Assembly: GCA_001938485.1 (NCBI GenBank)
Contig: MQRK01191251.1
Span: forward strand, 1-64,000
Length of the DNA stretch: 64,000 bases
Direction: 5' to 3'
Source of the DNA: Girardia tigrina
Lineage: Eukaryota
Shown here: piece after piece, positions 63,333 through 64,000 of the stretch
How the letters are laid out: every line of letters begins with the position of its first letter
Numbering within the stretch: the stretch's first letter is position 1
Notes under the pieces: generated by a model
Databases searched by the model: none
The model's input: the letters and a program-made list of their open reading frames with translations, nothing else
What the model was told of the DNA's origin: nothing
Program-made: the position numbers and the translations under genes

Positions 63333-64000
63333 TTTGAATTTATTAATCATCAAAAGAAATTCAAAGTCTTGTACAAAATCTTTTTTATTTTTTCCGAAAA
63401 TCATTTTTTTTAAATTATGATTATTAAAAAAAATCAATTTCCTCCTGTATGCACACACATTGGTGCACATACATTCGGCCAATCACAACCTCAATTTAAT
63501 CCACACACTCAATCTGTCAATTTAATCGGTCCATTCAAATGGACAGTTCAAGATTGTGAATTTTATTCATTGATTAAAATTCGAAAATTGACACTAGCAC
63601 AAAATATAATGAATGAATTTCTCAATTAAAACGTCAATTTTAAAAGTCCGACAAACAACAAACCCAACGTCAAAACTATACCATCACAAAACCATATGAA
63701 CGTGATGGTTTTATAACAATATTTTTGGATATAAACATATACATATATATTTTAATTTAATTTATTTGCTTTTAAATTACTTTTAATGTACTTGTTAATT
63801 TCTTTATTTTAATTTAATAATTTTATTTATATTATTTGTTTATTTTTACTTTAATTACTTTATTTAATATTTTAATGTAAATTGGGTCCAAGTAAGGGTC
63901 CACGATAATCACAGCGCGAACAATTCCCCCATCCTTGAACCAACTCGGTTTCAACCAACTAACTCTCTGTGTTTATTTCTGAAACAAATGGGCATAAAAG

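Overview
Very AT-rich eukaryotic (animal-like) draft scaffold with N-gaps, (TA)n microsatellites and short GT-AG introns. The host cannot be identified from sequence alone. It is essentially a transposon graveyard and I find no convincingly intact housekeeping gene. Recognisable decayed elements: two MULE transposase remnants, five Ty3/Gypsy LTR remnants, four mariner copies or fragments, a Tigger/pogo element, a second pogo/Tc2 element and a MITE, a hAT fragment, a probable Zator fragment, Helitron pieces and two Penelope-like GIY-YIG fragments. There is also a truncated DPM1-like pseudogene. Most interesting observations: (1) a CsRn1-type LTR element with a tRNA-Leu PBS whose Gag carries an N-terminal ubiquitin-like domain ending LFGG; (2) a 3-copy non-coding TIR element (AGTAGGGG termini) carrying RFX X-box motifs phased at 21 bp; (3) minimal hammerhead ribozymes in Penelope-type termini, two of them inside a ~390-bp fold-back; (4) a ~28-bp E-box/CSL-like motif recurring six times in front of pseudogenic ORFs. 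All family calls are motif recognition by eye; no database searches were run.
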